The notes under the pieces: generated by a model | Database searches by the model: none | Told to the model about the DNA's origin: nothing | The model's input: only the letters and a program-made list of their open reading frames with translations | Program-made: the position numbers and the translations under genes | Part shown: one piece after another, positions 62,282 through 64,000 of the stretch | How positions within the stretch are numbered: the stretch's first letter is position 1 | Layout: every line of letters starts with the position of its first letter | From: Candidatus Faecicola pullistercoris | Lineage (GTDB): Bacteria > Bacillota > Clostridia > Christensenellales > CAG-917 | Assembly: GCA_018714105.1 (NCBI GenBank) | Contig: DVNW01000012.1 | Location: 38,592 to 102,591, forward strand | Length of the DNA: 64,000 nucleotides | Reading direction: 5' to 3'

Positions 62282-62767
62282 TTAATTGTTGTATTTTCTT
62301 ATTATTTCCTCGCGGCGAACGGCTTTTTCCATCAGAAATACCGCGTTTTGAATTATACCGCATATGCGCGCGCATTCCTCGGACGAGAATTCTTTCTTGC
62401 CGCTCATCGCGCTTACGGCCGAACGCGCTTCCGAAAGCAATGCCGCCGCCGATTTGAAGTCCTGCGTGAAGGTACTGTTATAAATGTATAAAGCTCTTTC
62501 CGAGGCAAGATTCAGTCCTATCATCAGGGCAAACAGCGTTTTCCCTGCGGATTTGCTGTAACTGCCGGCCGACAGCTTTTCAAGCACTTTAATATGCTCT
62601 CTGCAATCGGAGCAAAGACTTTCGGCCGTGGAAGTGCGGCTTTTCTTGCGCTTTAACAGCAAGGGAAGCCCTATCGCCAGACTGAGGAGACATATTCCGT
62701 AACTCAGAATTATCTGCCATAAATCGTATCCGCCTTCGGCAAGCATGATAATATACCGCGTATTCAT
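62282..62767 (-). CDS. hypothetical single-pass membrane protein
   Basis: 161 aa with one N-terminal transmembrane helix (ILSYGICLLSLAIGLPLLL). ATGA overlap with mscS and a GGAGG RBS. Confidence 0.6.
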   Translation of the reverse strand: MNTRYIIMLAEGGYDLWQIILSYGICLLSLAIGLPLLLKRKKSRTSTAESLCSDCREHIKVLEKLSAGSYSKSAGKTLFALMIGLNLASERALYIYNSTFTQDFKSAAALLSEARSAVSAMSGKKEFSSEECARICGIIQNAVFLMEKAVRREEIIRKYNN

Positions 62768-63582
62768 TGTTTGCCTCCTTTGTCGACGATATGAACGTCC
62801 ATCTGCGGATAAGGTATGTTGATTCCGCAGGCCTTAAAATCTTGCAACACGCTTTCGGTTATGTCGAAATACGCGTCCCAATAACACGAAGTGGGAACCC
62901 ATGCCCTTAGCACAAGGTCCAGAGAACTCTGATTCTGCGTCATCAGCCGCGCCATAGGCGCAGGGTCGGACAGCACTTTTTCGTGCCTCGAAGCTATATC
63001 GGTCAGAATTTTTTTGGCTTTTTCCACGTCGTCGTCGTAACTTATGGAAAAAGTAAGGTTCAGTCGTCTGGTGGACGACGTGCTGAAATTGATAACCTCG
63101 TTGCCTATTATCTGACTGTTGGGAACGGTTATGACTTTGTTGTCGGTAGCAACCAGTTTGGTATTGAACATGCCTATCGCCCGTACCGTGCCTTCCACGC
63201 CGTTAACGGATACGTAATCGCCTTCGACAAAAGGTTTTGTACCTACTACTATAAAGCCGTTGGCAAGGTTGGAAAGACTGTCTTTAAGCGCAAGACCGAC
63301 GGCAAGCACTATCGCGGACAGCACGGTAACGAAATTCTGCGTCGAAATACCGGCCGCGGTAGCCACGCCCAGCAGCCATAAAAGATACAGCCCTACCCTG
63401 AAAATCGACAGACCGAATTTTATCACAGTCTTGTCTTTGTTGCCTTTTAAAAGCAGTCTGTTTGCCAGATAGATGATTATCCGCACGGCCAAAAGGCCCA
63501 GAACGAACACCGTTACGGTGTTTGCGATGTCCACGCCCGTGGTGGTTGCGAATGTCTTTAAATCGTTTAAAAATTCCTGCAC
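62764..63582 (-). CDS. mscS: small-conductance mechanosensitive channel family protein
   Basis: Three N-terminal transmembrane helices followed by the beta-domain GDYVSVNGVEGTVRAIGMFNTKL. GTG start with an AGAGGAAA RBS. Confidence 0.85.
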   Translation of the reverse strand: MQEFLNDLKTFATTTGVDIANTVTVFVLGLLAVRIIIYLANRLLLKGNKDKTVIKFGLSIFRVGLYLLWLLGVATAAGISTQNFVTVLSAIVLAVGLALKDSLSNLANGFIVVGTKPFVEGDYVSVNGVEGTVRAIGMFNTKLVATDNKVITVPNSQIIGNEVINFSTSSTRRLNLTFSISYDDDVEKAKKILTDIASRHEKVLSDPAPMARLMTQNQSSLDLVLRAWVPTSCYWDAYFDITESVLQDFKACGINIPYPQMDVHIVDKGGKQ

Positions 63583-63597
63583 GTTTTTCCTCTTGTA

Positions 63598-64000
63598 TTA
63601 TTCTTCTATTTCGAGCGCCGCCCGCTTGGCCTGCGAGGGGAAGCGGCTGCGGCGAATCGCCTTTGCAAAGTCCGCACTGTTTTTTACGGCTCTGTATTTT
63701 ATTTGCTTCGGTATGTTTCTGCCTTGCAGTTTGCTCAATATCTCGACCGCGTATTCCTTTAACGTCGGATTTGTTTTATATTCGATATCGTTTAACCTTA
63801 CAAGGACTTTATCATTGGCTTTTATACCGCTTAACTGTATCGGAATGTCTTTTTCGATGCGTCCGCAATATACTTCCTCGTCGTTAATCATAACGGCGCA
63901 CGAGGCCGAAACCACGTCTTTGAAACACAGACGGAAATTACGCTCCGCGATATCCGTATCGCCGTTTATTATTTCGAAAAGCAGCATATCGTCGGCCTTA
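63598..64000 (-). CDS. 3' part of a CDS that continues beyond the window edge; function unknown
   Basis: The frame stays open upstream of the track's ATG (63987) to the window end (...KADDMLLFEIING...). I recognise no diagnostic motif. Confidence 0.5.
   Translation of the reverse strand, partial: KADDMLLFEIINGDTDIAERNFRLCFKDVVSASCAVMINDEEVYCGRIEKDIPIQLSGIKANDKVLVRLNDIEYKTNPTLKEYAVEILSKLQGRNIPKQIKYRAVKNSADFAKAIRRSRFPSQAKRAALEIEE

Noticed and set aside
1-64000. CRISPR arrays, transposons/IS elements, prophage or defence-system genes
   Set aside because: I saw no regularly spaced repeat arrays. I also saw no transposase, integrase, terminase, restriction-modification or nuclease/ATPase-type ORFs. 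Every sizeable ORF could be assigned to metabolism, transport, envelope or regulation.

Overview
64-kb chromosomal segment that looks like a Gram-positive anaerobe of the Clostridia type. The basis is GGAGG-type ribosome-binding sites, LL-diaminopimelate aminotransferase, a class III ribonucleotide reductase and frequent ATGA gene overlaps; spot counts put G+C at roughly 50-55%. I call about 62 CDSs and one tRNA-Gly(CCC), with about 85% of the coding sequence on the minus strand. I saw no CRISPR array, transposase, integrase or phage genes. Left to right, the window holds: glycerol dehydrogenase (3' end) and dihydroxyacetone kinase; tRNA-Gly; an XRE-HTH::condensation-like fusion with a zinc-ribbon membrane protein; nrdG, NrdR boxes, nrdD (fused to a CPNC redoxin domain) and trxB; fructokinase and manA; and a 15-gene, ~16-kb co-directional array. 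That array joins hexuronate catabolism (eda, kdgK, uxaC, uxuA, uxuB-like SDR) to three Gfo/Idh/MocA oxidoreductases, a TIM-barrel isomerase-like protein, GDPD-like and PHP phosphoesterases, a six-hairpin glycosidase, a GPH transporter and a lipoprotein. After it come an AraC regulator and a PfkB kinase; iolCBDEAG; GH38 and GH36 glycosidases; dapL, dapF and purA; a stand-alone oadB with small subunits; PAP2 and SLOG proteins; an orphan three-gene pilin cassette headed by a 1215-aa pilin-like giant; thyA-folA; an operon of GPH transporter, acyltransferase-like protein and MprF-type flippase-like protein; and mscS. The best candidates for undescribed biology are the pilin cassette, the oxidoreductase/phosphoesterase sugar array (possibly acting on an inositol-phosphate glycan), the HTH-condensation fusion and the lipid-remodelling-like operon. 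All functional calls come from reading motifs in the translations; no database search was possible.
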